Part shown: positions 28,088 through 42,057 of the stretch, one piece after another
Layout of the letters: each line of letters opens with the position of its first letter
Position numbering within the stretch: position 1 is the first letter of the stretch
Source: Trichoplax adhaerens
Taxonomy: Eukaryota > Animalia > Placozoa
Direction of reading: 5' to 3'
DNA: 64,000 nucleotides
Assembly (NCBI RefSeq): GCF_000150275.1
Contig: NW_002060948.1
Location: 1 to 64,000 of the forward strand
Translations under genes and position numbers: made by a program
Notes under the pieces: model-generated
Database searches by the model: none
The model's input: only the letters and a program-made list of their open reading frames with translations
Told to the model about the DNA's origin: nothing

Positions 28088-30997
28088 TCAGTTTTTATTA
28101 TGGACAGATTGTAATCTAGTTTTTTTAGGTTTTACATTTCTTTTAATATCCTGCTTTTGCTTTTTAAGATTTTTTCTTTTTTCTTTCCGTTTAATTCTCA
28201 ATTTTGCTGCTTGCTGGGCGTGCTTTTTACTGCTCGACTCTCCAGAGAATTTAAAAGGACCCTGTGTTTTCTTCTAAATCGAATATATAAATGATATTTA
28301 GACTTTACTTTGGTAATTGGAATCCTTAGTGCAGTACAGATATTTATGATTTTAACCTTTGATGTAGGCTGTTTTGATGATCGAAATACACGAAGGTTAT
28401 TGGTTTTATTAAAGGCCGAACCATGTAACTTTAAGGCCATGATTAAACTTTCGTTAGACTGTAAATAATAAATGTTGGGTAAGTGAACATCTGCGGTAGG
28501 AACTAAGCAAAGGGATTAACAATGATGCACATCTGTAATAGTGCGATGTCAATTTAACATGCCTTAAAGGTAACAAACCCAAAACCTTTACCCATGCCAG
28601 TTTTAGGATCTCTAATAATACGAATGGTTTCGACTTCACCACATGAATGGAAATGATCACGAAGTGATTCATCTTGGACATCTTAACGTTTAAAAATGGT
28701 AGAGATTATCTGTTACATACGATACCCTTCGCATATAATAACGGTATAAACTACAAGATTAACAATACATGAAATGGTTATTTTACCCAAAGGCAAGTTG
28801 CCGACGAATATCGACCTTTTATGGTCATGCTGAAAGTAACGTACAGTAAAATAAATAAATGCTGCATTATGTAAAGATATCGCAAAGGCGTTCAGTATTC
28901 TGAAGCACACAAGATATTTCATTGTTGACATACCTTCTTTGAATTTGAGGCTACATCAACTCTGATATGACGATTTAAAAGCTCTATGCCATTGCTGCAG
29001 TACATACATTATACAATATTAGGATTCTACCCTTATGAGAAGGATCTGCTGATAATCATGTGGTTATAATAGTAGTTACTAGCCTTTCCATTGCACTTTG
29101 AGCAACTTCCTTGGTTTCAAAAACAATGTATGCATTCATTGACTGACCCTGGCTGTGAAATTTTTTCCTGCCATGAATTTTAATTGGAAGAACATGAGCA
29201 GATTAATCGATAACTTAAGCAATGATATTGCATAGACACTTACTACGGTATTCAATAATGTGTCTAGTAATGGATTCATATGATATATAACATTAAGAAA
29301 TTACCGTATAGTTGTAAGTAAAATAACATGGCGTATCTAAACTTAAAACTGCATAGATAAGAGCATTAAATGTGAACTCACTTGATAAATGCTGTCTTTT
29401 TCGACATATTTGATTCAGCAACAGGCTAAATAAGAGCCAAATGTTAACCTTTTCGAAGTTACTGATTATAAGAGAATTATAATTCCTTGATAGGCATTAA
29501 GCTTACTATTGATCTAAATCTTATAGATTCGATATTGCCATATCTGGAAAATAGCTTTTTCACGTCCTAATTAGTTTATGAGGTTATTTAAAAAAAATCG
29601 TCATATTAAAGAGAGTCCAAAATATTAGAGACGATCTGTAGATTGGTACTCTATATAAAAGTAGTAATCAAGAATATTGGCCTTGTCACAAAGGCCGTAA
29701 CCAGCAAACGCCCATGTTACCTTAGATTTGCAATGCAATGGCAAATTTCCAACGAATATAGTTCGGTCATTTCTTTCATCACTAGGTAATACCGTAGTTA
29801 TACATAGGATATTCTATTCAGTGACTAGAATATCAAGTCTTGCATTATAGACGTATCGTTCACTTTACCTATCTGAAGGGGTTTTAGTAACGTTCTGTTG
29901 CTTTTCTGCTTGTTGATTTGCATCCTTACTAACATGTTCTTTATTCTTTGCAGCTGCAAAATCGTCACTTACTGTTAGTAAAATAACTTTTGGCTAATTT
30001 AAGTTAACAGCAAGGAGCTATATAGAGTAATATGATGATAACATGTCGTGCAACTAGGTCAAAAAGATGAATTTTTGATTATACTCTGATTCTATCTAAC
30101 TCGATCATAATAAAATTTCAAGTGATAACATACTGCATACAGTAGCGCACAGAATGATTAAATTATGATTGGAATTGCATGTACTGATAAGAAATAGCTT
30201 AAGAGTCTCCCTTTAATAATTGGTGTTAGTAATTCGTATCTACCATTACTCCGTTTTCCCTTGTTAGTTTACTCCTCAAGAAAATAAATCAAATAACATG
30301 CATGCTAAGGTTTAATAGAAAATGACCTTTGAGCTGCTTTGCGTGCATCTGATCATACTTCGATGTTGGAGGATCCAAAAATTCTACTGTAACTTTCTTA
30401 GATTTGTTGCTATCGTCGAATAACTTTGCGAGTGAGGTGCGTTTTGCTTTTGCTTTTTTCTTGTTATTTTGGGGAAAGACTGCATCGCAGATTGAGCCAA
30501 TCCGGTAATCATAATTATTTATTGAGAAATATTCAGGTAATACATCCTATAATTGTCATCATTATGAATGGTTATAGTTGGATAGTTAGATCAATGCTAT
30601 CTTATTCTTTGCAAATACAGTGTATTTGCAAATAATAATATACCTATAATATATTGCAAAAATTAATACGATTATACGAATCGAGCTTGATGAGTGGATT
30701 GGCAGTACTACACTGAACCAGTTCATTAATTTAGTCAGTAGACGAAATTTGATCAGGATGCATATGAATTATTCCATAGTATACTCAAATTTTCTGTTAC
30801 TTTGGTTATGCATTATGCAATATTATCATCAGGCAACTGTAGATTGCTACATCCAGGGTACTACCGTAATCTAGGCGTAATATTTCTGCTTATGATTACT
30901 AGCTGGATGTAACACAACGAGGATAGAGCGGATCAAAATGTATCACTTGGATATTCATATGGCTTACCTTTTTCGATTTCGATGATGTGCTAGCCAT
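28088..30997 (-). CDS. RBM34: RNA-binding protein 34 (Nop12-like, two RRMs, basic tail)
   Basis: Start [10 protein letters not shown]|gtaagc at 30997 (inferred); RRM1 [10 protein letters not shown]...[14 protein letters not shown]...SMNAYIVF...NRHIRVDVA; RRM2 [13 protein letters not shown]...[27 protein letters not shown]; Lys-rich tail ending TGA 28090-28088. Confidence 0.9.
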
Positions 30998-31544
30998 CTT
31001 GTTTTTATTGGCCTAATTCTACGGTATAACGAGATTGGATTGGTTCTTATTTTACTTCTGATAATTAACATAGTAGCAATGCAACTTTGAAAGTGCTTGC
31101 GAAACATTCCCTATGACGCTCGTGTACTGTGGTACTGTATGAAACGAAATGCTTTTCAAGATTCATCGAAAGAATAAATGCAGCATACCTTTACAATTAG
31201 AAAGTCCAAGTATTCCTCCAGTAAGTCTTGGCTCTACGTAGTGAATTACTAAACAATGATGGATTTCTACTACAGAATTAAGCTGCAGAAATTGATGGAT
31301 TCAGAATGCAATCGCTCTTCTTCTTCAGCGAGTATCTGCTGTTCTGCGCACGCGTAATGGGCATCGGTACATCATGTCATACAGGTACTCATGTGTCTGC
31401 CAGGGGAATGCTAGGTTTGCAATTAGTTTGTTGAATACAGTATGTGTACTTTATATCTTTGTGACTGATGACTGGTACACGATACAGTCGTAAAGCGCTT
31501 AGGACCATGGGACTTTTGGAATACAGTAAGAAAAATTCTGACAC

Positions 31545-31652
31545 ATACTGTACTCGACACACTACAGTGTACAGTACGTCATAATACTCTACAGCATGTA
31601 CTGTATACTGTACTGTACGGTACCGTGTACAGTGTACAGTGTACAGTACAGT
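31545..31652. repeat. Short CAGTA/TACTG palindromic array between divergent RBM34 and the small + strand gene
   Basis: tactgtact, actacagtgtacagtac, tactgtatactgtactgtac, gtacagtgtacagtgtacagtacagta. Confidence 0.8.
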
Positions 31653-32246
31653 AACCTGAATGAATTCGGGTGGAGACGTCGAGTCCTCTTCGCGTTCAAC
31701 CTGGTTTAACCATTTGTACGGCAAAGAATTGAGCGATTGCCACTCGCGCTGCCCATAAACGTCCAAACTAGCAATCAAATCGTCCAATTCTTTCATTTAA
31801 TTCACCCCAATTTATTGTAGCTGTTTACCAAAAGAAGTCTAAAATGTCATCAAGTCTTTTACAACAGGTAATGACTGTAAATGAATCGTCATCAATGTAA
31901 TATAGGAGACAATACGATCAGTACAACATTGGGATTTTACTGTACATACATAGCAGTTTGAGTAGTAAACACTATCTCTGGTAAACTTTTGTTGAAATAT
32001 TCTCGATCGAAAGTAGCCCAACCACGATATACATGTTAACGCTGCCATTCGCTACTGTCATGTATGTAGTTTAAAAGTATAAGATTAAATGGACAACTTC
32101 AACTACTGTAATAGAATTGAGTAATAAGTGTAGTTCAAGTGCTATACATTGAATCGTTTCTCGAGTACACTAAGTGTCATTATTGCAGCGATTGATTGAT
32201 ACGACACCTATTTGAAAGTATATTGCTATTATAATTATTATTATAG

Positions 32247-33157
32247 TTAGCGCTATTGGCTTATATCAACGGTGATCCACGTGGAAAAGATCTTTATAAT
32301 GCTACTGTTGGTGTAAATTTAGCCATGAATTTACATCAAAAATTCAAATCGTCTACCAAAGGAGATGCATTAAGGGTAAGATTTTTCGTGTAATGTTTGC
32401 AGCATGACTTGATTACGCCAATAACACTTATTATTTTCCTTTTAAATCTTAAATCGCTCTAAGTAGAAATTTGCGTCGAAAAATCTGATAACCTTGTTAT
32501 TATATTGTACTTCTATGATGCAATTCTTAGTTTTTGATAGACTAAAGTCAACAGGTATAGCGAAAAATATCTCCGAAAGTAGTGTTTGTTGCCAACAAAA
32601 ATTTCAGTGGTTGAGATACTAATGTCAGCCGTACTGTACGCAGTCTAGTGCTGCAATCAGATGTATTGTACATATAGTATATAGGTACTGCATTCATAGA
32701 GCGATACAAATTCGAGTATACAGAAGTAAAGTATCATACAGTATTAACTGTGTTGCTTAGTGACTGCAGTTCTACTCTACACTCTCATTAAAATCTTCCA
32801 ATTTTTTCAACTTTCTCTACTTCTGTTATTCAAATACTGCACTCGTACTGTATATTCGGAAGTGACAATTACCAAGACTGTACGCATTAATACCTGAAAT
32901 CGATAGAAAAATTAGTTGCCAAATCATTATGCTAGATTAGTATTACTAATGACATTATTTCGGTAGTTGTATTGCAACTTTGCGATGGTTTAATGGATGC
33001 TCAATTGCTTATTTGTTTTACCGATTAACTTACTTAGGCGGTAGCAGTCAACGGTGTTACTGAATATATTAAACATCACCCTAACGCTAGCGAGGAACAG
33101 ATAGCCGCAGAAGTTGTACGTCAAATTTCGGAATTTGTCAAGGCGTATCGTTCATAA
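32247..33157 (+). CDS. Small (about 85-90 aa) uncharacterised helical protein; first exon/start uncertain (candidate ATGs near 32060-32090)
   Basis: Exon 32247(or 32251)-32375 LALLAYINGDPRGKDLYNATVGVNLAMNLHQKFKSSTKGDALR|gtaag splices in phase 0 to 33038-33157 AVAVNGVTEYIKHHPNASEEQIAAEVVRQISEFVKAYRS*. Not in the ORF track. Confidence 0.7.
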
Positions 33158-35555
33158 TTGTACATAGGTCAACAGCTTTCTTCGTATTTGGGATAGATTT
33201 CGATGTTCATTGTAACCGATGAAAACTAGAACTCAAACAATATTTAAAAAATATGAGTGTTCACTATAAAGTGCGCATATTTACACTACGCAACATCATT
33301 CTTAATACCGGTGCTGTGTAGATTAAATAGCCCTTACTGAAATCCTTCAGTAATCAAATTTAATATTATAACTTTACTGTACAGTTTCTCCTATTATTAT
33401 CTCTTAAATCGTAATAATCCTGGATATATAATCATTAGTTGCTGATATGCTCATATAAAGTCATATATAACTTAGGTAGATGTCACTATGTCACGTACTG
33501 TATTTGCAAGATCATCTTACTTGACAAATGCCTCTATCAAGATATGGTGATTCAGTTGATGAACAGAGATTTTAAATAGATTTACTATTAATAAAATTGA
33601 TGAAAGAATGCTATGGATCTAACATTAATTTTGGATTCAGATCAAACTTTTATGTTTATGACATAAAAACATGCACATTTTTTCATTGTATTGAAATACG
33701 TAGATTAATTTCATAGATGTAGGCTGATACAACACGAAGCTAGATATCTTCGTCTGTCAATTTACAGTTGCTAAATGTGATCTAAAGTTTGCAGCTAGCT
33801 AGTGCAGGTGCGCCACATTCGTAGCAGAGGGTAGATTAGGACAGAACCGTTGAGAGAGCGGAGTAGATCATTTTAATCAATATTCGCCCATAGATTTTAG
33901 ATTGTACTGAATCGAAGCTTTAAGAATTAATATGCAGATTTGTACAGTAATATAGTTAAATATCACTTGTATAAATTAAACTGTACGTAAGATTGTTATA
34001 TAAGCCTAAATTGTTAAAGAATTCTTGTTATATCCATTAATGGAACTTAGATATGGGATAAATTCTTGTCGTTAAATGCTTTTGCCAATGAGGTTTTTGC
34101 GATCTGAAATTCTTGCTCTTATAATGTGACTATCAGCTAAGATACATATACACGTATAGTACACCTAATCCTGGATAGAATTCACCTTTGTCTTATATCT
34201 CAATAACCAGGTGATTAAATAGAATTCTGAATATCACACTCTAAATTCACCTGTCTTATAGTTTATCAGCAGAGATGAAAGATCCTCTGTGCTATATAAT
34301 GTCCGTAGTTACTCTGGCAATTAACGCTATCGACTTAAGCATGATAAGTTTATACCATTTCCCGCCTTGCCCATTTATTCCATCTTGCCTGATTAATGCA
34401 GATTTTATTTTCTCAAACTACAACGTGAATTTAGAAAATTGAGTAGATCATAAGCTGTGATTTCACATAGTTTATTAATCACAATACTCGATTAATAGGT
34501 GGCAAGACGTTTTGAGATACTGAACGATGATATTGATATCGTAGACTGTATATAGCTTGAATCAATATGGCGTTTGAAGTATAGCATATAATACTGATCT
34601 ATAGTGATAGATGTACCTACAGGTCAATATTGATAAAATCATCTTATTTAATTGGGTTAGTTCAATTTAAGATATGAATGGAATCCTCTTTTTGTTATGA
34701 ATTTGGATTTGGATTTGCTTATTCAAATCAAAGTTGAAATCCGTAGGCATCACATCACAGCGATATCCAGAATGCAAGGTACCGGCTCTGAATAACAACT
34801 TGAAAGGCAGCTAAATTAAGTCTATCATCATGTTTGGATTATTTAACGCTAAATATTGTATACCACAAAATATTATCACTGTAAAGAGTATTTCCTTGAT
34901 TGTATCAGCGCCAAATAAATAGAAAAAAAAGTCAAAGTCCTATTCCAACTCCGAATACTGAGACGTCAATAACGATGAAAATAGATGAATTAATGTACTT
35001 CCTTCGGATACAGAGAAAGAAAATGTCTAACTGTCAAAGTACTTATTCAAACTATTGGCTACCATTCAATACTTTACGTAGTTTTTGGCTGGTAATTGCC
35101 GGCATGACTACGCACTACTGTCATTGAAATACCATATGGAAATGCTAATACAATACTTTTATCGTAATATAGCAAACATTATTAATAATTGTTATTATAG
35201 TATGTAGTGGATGCCGTCCTTATCTCTTTTTTAACGAAAGAGTATTTTTGGTTCTGATTGATTTTACCACAGCTAAAAGAGATGCTAAAAAAAATAATTC
35301 GGTACAAGAGAAATAAATTTTAACGTGGTCAATTTAGTATCAGCGTCCTAGGAGAATGATCACTTTTAAAACAGAGATGCTATTATCGTCTAGCTGCGAA
35401 TACTCTAATAGAATAGATAATCAATACTCATTATAATAATAATGATCGCTATATCCATATAAATGTGTCTAACATTTTAGTAAAATGCAGTCATAAGCAA
35501 TGAAATATTTGCTGTTCATTTTACATTTATTGTCTACTTTGGATGCCTTTCAAAA

Positions 35556-35563
35556 TGACGTCA
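35556..35563. promoter_or_regulatory. Perfect CRE palindrome TGACGTCA about 340 bp upstream of the LC3 ATG
   Basis: Exact 8-bp match; function not shown. Confidence 0.35.
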
Positions 35564-35896
35564 GAAAGGAAAAACACAGGTGGTGTTGCTATCGTCTTTT
35601 GATATTAGGGTAGAGCATGAGCATTGAAAAAATAAATACAAAATACTCTCGAACAATGAATTCACAAGCTTGGCCAGAGTCAATTCCTACGCGATTAGCG
35701 TAGACTTTCTTCCATAGTATCATCAAGTTACGTAGTAGCTTTGATGTAGTTACGTATGTATGTTGTTTCTATCAGTTACAATCAACTATTCGTTTAGAAC
35801 AACTAGTCGTAGTTTGCCTTGTTGTTGAGGCTAATATTAGCTTATTTTATAGTAGCTATTACAGTCGATAAAATCCATTTCTAAATTATCGTAAAA

Positions 35897-38257
<2,361 letters not shown>

Positions 38258-39915
38258 GTAAAAGTTATCCACTTGGCTCGTTTTTAATCCAATCACTTTG
38301 AATTCCCGAAGTAGCAGCAATTACTTAATATATAATACAATAATCTAGAACGAAACGTTTATTTTAATTTTCAATCGAATGGTTAATATTGTAAGAAGGA
38401 AATAATTCTATCCTATTTAATACTGTCGTATAGATTGAAAGCATGTAATTAACAACGCTCCACTCATCATAAGTGAAATATCGATTGATGATAGTGTTGA
38501 TTCTTACGCTAGATAATTAATCCGCTTTTTAGATAGCAATAATTGCCATTACATTACGCGTACGTATCGAAAATCAACAAATAGAAAGAGATGTACATTC
38601 ATAGCGATTATATTTTTGGGTTGTTCATTTGAAAGAATATCTTGTTGAATACTATTAAACATAAGATATGGTTGAATAAAGTAAGAAATCATCTTAATTA
38701 CAATTTAAGTATAATGCATTATAGATATTAATTTTTACCTCATTGATATTCCTATCTAAAATGCAAGACTTGTTATTGAATACAAATACTAGAAATTTCC
38801 TACATGCAGGTATCGATAATTTTTGTTTTATGGCCTATTCTCCCATTTTGTGCATATTAATGGTAACTATCGGAAAATTTTATTGTTAAAATTTATTAAA
38901 GTGTCTAATAGAAATACTCCTACAACATTAGTAGTTCTATTTTACTGTGAGATTCAGATAATATAAATGATTGAATGACGTACTTGTAGGCATACGGTAG
39001 GTATTAATGCATCTACAGACTACTAAAAATTCAATTTCTCTAACAAATGTTGGCTTCTTTTATACTTGAGAATCTTGTCATTGCTACTATGTAGTATTAT
39101 AATATACTGTAAGATTAAAGATGAATATTTGAGCTATTTTGTACCCGTAATTTTAAAATCGAACCGAACCGAAGCTTACCATAAGTTAGTCATAAAGCAA
39201 AATTGAGGCCAACTCATTGCAGATATTTTATAATACACTTTCACAATAATAATCGATTGTTCAATATAGTTAGCATCATTTATTTGATGATAAAAAATTG
39301 GCACTATTTATGGATGAATTAAAGTGCTTAGTGTATACTGATGATAACAATATATCTTCAAAAAGGCATATACATTATGTAATGTAGGTCAAAATATCGC
39401 ATAAATCTTTCTTGAAATCAGCAACTGCGGATGTTATTGAGATCTTCACTTACAATATCACTTCTTATTCATCTCATCACTATGTTTCTACCTTTACAAA
39501 ATCTAAAAAGAGGTGATGGCTGATCTGTAAACATGAACTGTCGAATACCGCAGTATCCCTAAGCTATCTCCCAAGACAGTAGTCTCTATCGTTAACATTT
39601 CATCCAATATCCTAGTTTGTTAATGTCATAAAGTGGTAATACTGCAATCAATTCTAGTAAAATCAGTAGGTTAGCTTTATTATATAGCATTACCAAAGCA
39701 TTATAAATTCTTTTATTGATTTATATTACAAGTTCAACATTAAGAAAATTAACACAGCTAAGTTTTGGGTCAATCATTCAAAGCTGTACAAATCAGTAGA
39801 ACAGTAACATTTGCTACGTTTATAATATGCGTATAGCAATCACTGCCAAAATAGTAATACAGCAGAGTAATTATGATAGTAATATTAATTTATGGAAACG
39901 TCTTAGCATTTATGG

Positions 39916-40442
39916 TTATTTCTGTGAGGCTATAGACTCAGTCACTTGCTGTTGATGCTCCTGAAATCGAAGCATAATCCGTTGTGTCATTTTTAAATAC
40001 TTCTCCGTACAGTTTAAAGCACAGCCGATCTATTGAGCAAGTAGATGAATGATATTAAAAGTTAGTTGCAAACGCACATTATGATAGTCCGATATAGTAC
40101 TATAGAATAGAACCAATGTCTATCTTTGCCTATCTAGTGTGATAGATATTTTACCTCCAAACTTGAAATCTTTCGACTACTAAAGTCGTGTACACAATCA
40201 CTAAAACATGATTCGGATAATTTATTGTATGAAGCTAGAAAGTCGCGGAACTTCAATGTCGAAAAAATAGATTTCAGTTAGTAATAATTAGACCAGAATG
40301 TTGTTCTAAATGAATAATTTATGTCAGAGCTTGGTTGGCACTTTCTGTAGAAATACCTTCAATATGCATACACAGTACTGTACTTGTTAACGATATTTAG
40401 ACCTACCTGTCTCATATTTACGTCGTCTTGGCCGGCATTCAT
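39916..40442 (-). CDS. TIMM9: Mitochondrial import inner membrane translocase subunit Tim9 (81 aa)
   Basis: Exons 40442-40407, 40250-40155, 40029-39916: MNAGQDDVNMRQ-FRDFLASYNKLSESCFSDCVHDFSSRKISSLE-IGCALNCTEKYLKMTQRIMLRFQEHQQQVTESIASQK*; twin CX3C motif. Not in the ORF track. Confidence 0.96.
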
Positions 40443-41461
40443 GTTTGCAATATCCTAATTCCTTTGATCAGTGATAGTGAAATAAAAATAAATTTTATTA
40501 CGAAACGTATATACCTAAACGATCAAGCCATTTTAAACTAGCGGTCTTCTTCTTGCACCTATTGTCAATGAGCTTGTCTAAGTCAATTAAGGCACTACAG
40601 AGATTACAGAGATGGTACAGTATAATACTGGAAAATGATCATAGTGTACTAAATCCTAAAGGATACTGAGGTGATTGGACATTGAATGATGTCCATCCAG
40701 GTTTATCATTGGCAATTGCATGCTTCAATTATACACAGGTATACAGTATTATACAGTAGGAGGTGATCATAAACACCTGACGATCGTTGCCAGTACTTGC
40801 AACAGAATAATCAGGCTCGGGGATTTACGAACGATGATCATTTCAATGGACATACGGATAGTACTCTAGCGTGGTGTAAGCCCAACGAAAGCATATCTTT
40901 GCATGTTTGCAATGGCACAAGATTGTAACCTGGATTGAAGCCAGTAGAATACACAGATCAGATCAGATCCGAATAAAGAACGGTACTACAGCACTGTAGT
41001 AGGCTGCAATAGGCATCCTACGACATTGGTACAGTATGTTCTTTTTACTGTTGATAATTGTAAAAGAAGAGATAGTAAGATCATTTTAATGAGCACGAAT
41101 GCGCTGCTGAGCACGTCGGTCAATCTTGGGAGTAATGGTTGGCGTTCAATCTTTGCAGTGTGCTTGGCAAACCGCTTTCGCCTTTGGCAACGATTACATC
41201 CACGTCAAGTTGCACTTCAGGAGCGGTCAATGGCAATATAATGACTTACCTCAAATATCCTATAACTGGTTAATATGGGTACAGCAAAATGGCTAAAATT
41301 GTCTACCAAAATTTCTTGTAAGTGATGAGATGAATATCGTAAGGTGTTGTTGTACTTGTATGATTGACTGGCGTGTCGACAGCGTGTATGCACTGCGCAG
41401 ATCATAGCGGAATACTCTACTGTACGGTATTACCATGATGTCGCACACAAAGGTTTTACAA

Positions 41462-41858
41462 TGTACAGTACCATAGTGTACAGTGTACAGTACATACATT
41501 ACATTACAGTACTGTACAGTACAGTACTGTACACCGTAATAGTGTACTGTACACTGTACACTGTACACATGACCGACTACCGAGCACAGTATACAGTACA
41601 GTACAGTACAGTATCAGTGAACGGAACGGAAAGAGAGTCGAGCCATCTACAGTACTGTACTGTACAGTGTACAGTACACTGAGTACAGTACAGTACAGTA
41701 CATAGTACTGTATATCACACAGTACTGTACTGTACTGTACGTACAGTGTACAGTACACATGACCGGCTACCGAGCACTGTACAGTACATACTGTACAGTA
41801 ACATCATACTGTACAGTACAGTGTACAGTGTACTGTACTGTACTGTACTGTAACTGTA
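41462..41858. repeat. Palindromic CAGTA/TACTG pentamer array (about 0.4 kb) between divergent TIMM9 and TALPID3
   Basis: Same unit as 15531-16711, with two embedded copies of cacatgaccg(a/g)ctaccgagcac at about 41566 and 41756. Confidence 0.92.
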
Positions 41859-42057
41859 ATACGATCAGTGCAAAGCGTTCGTGTGGAACGGTTACATCTT
41901 CAATCCATTCGCGCGTCTAAAGGCCCATTTAAAAAAAAATATTATTCATATAAAGTTGATAATTGACCAAGACTCAAGGATCAAGATGCTGGCGAAACAT
42001 TCAAAGTGATTCATGTCTTCATTGTACAATATCTTAAGCTAACTCACTTTAATAATA

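Noticed and set aside
41293-41758. ORFs with YSTVLYC repeats
   Set aside because: Same repeat artefact.
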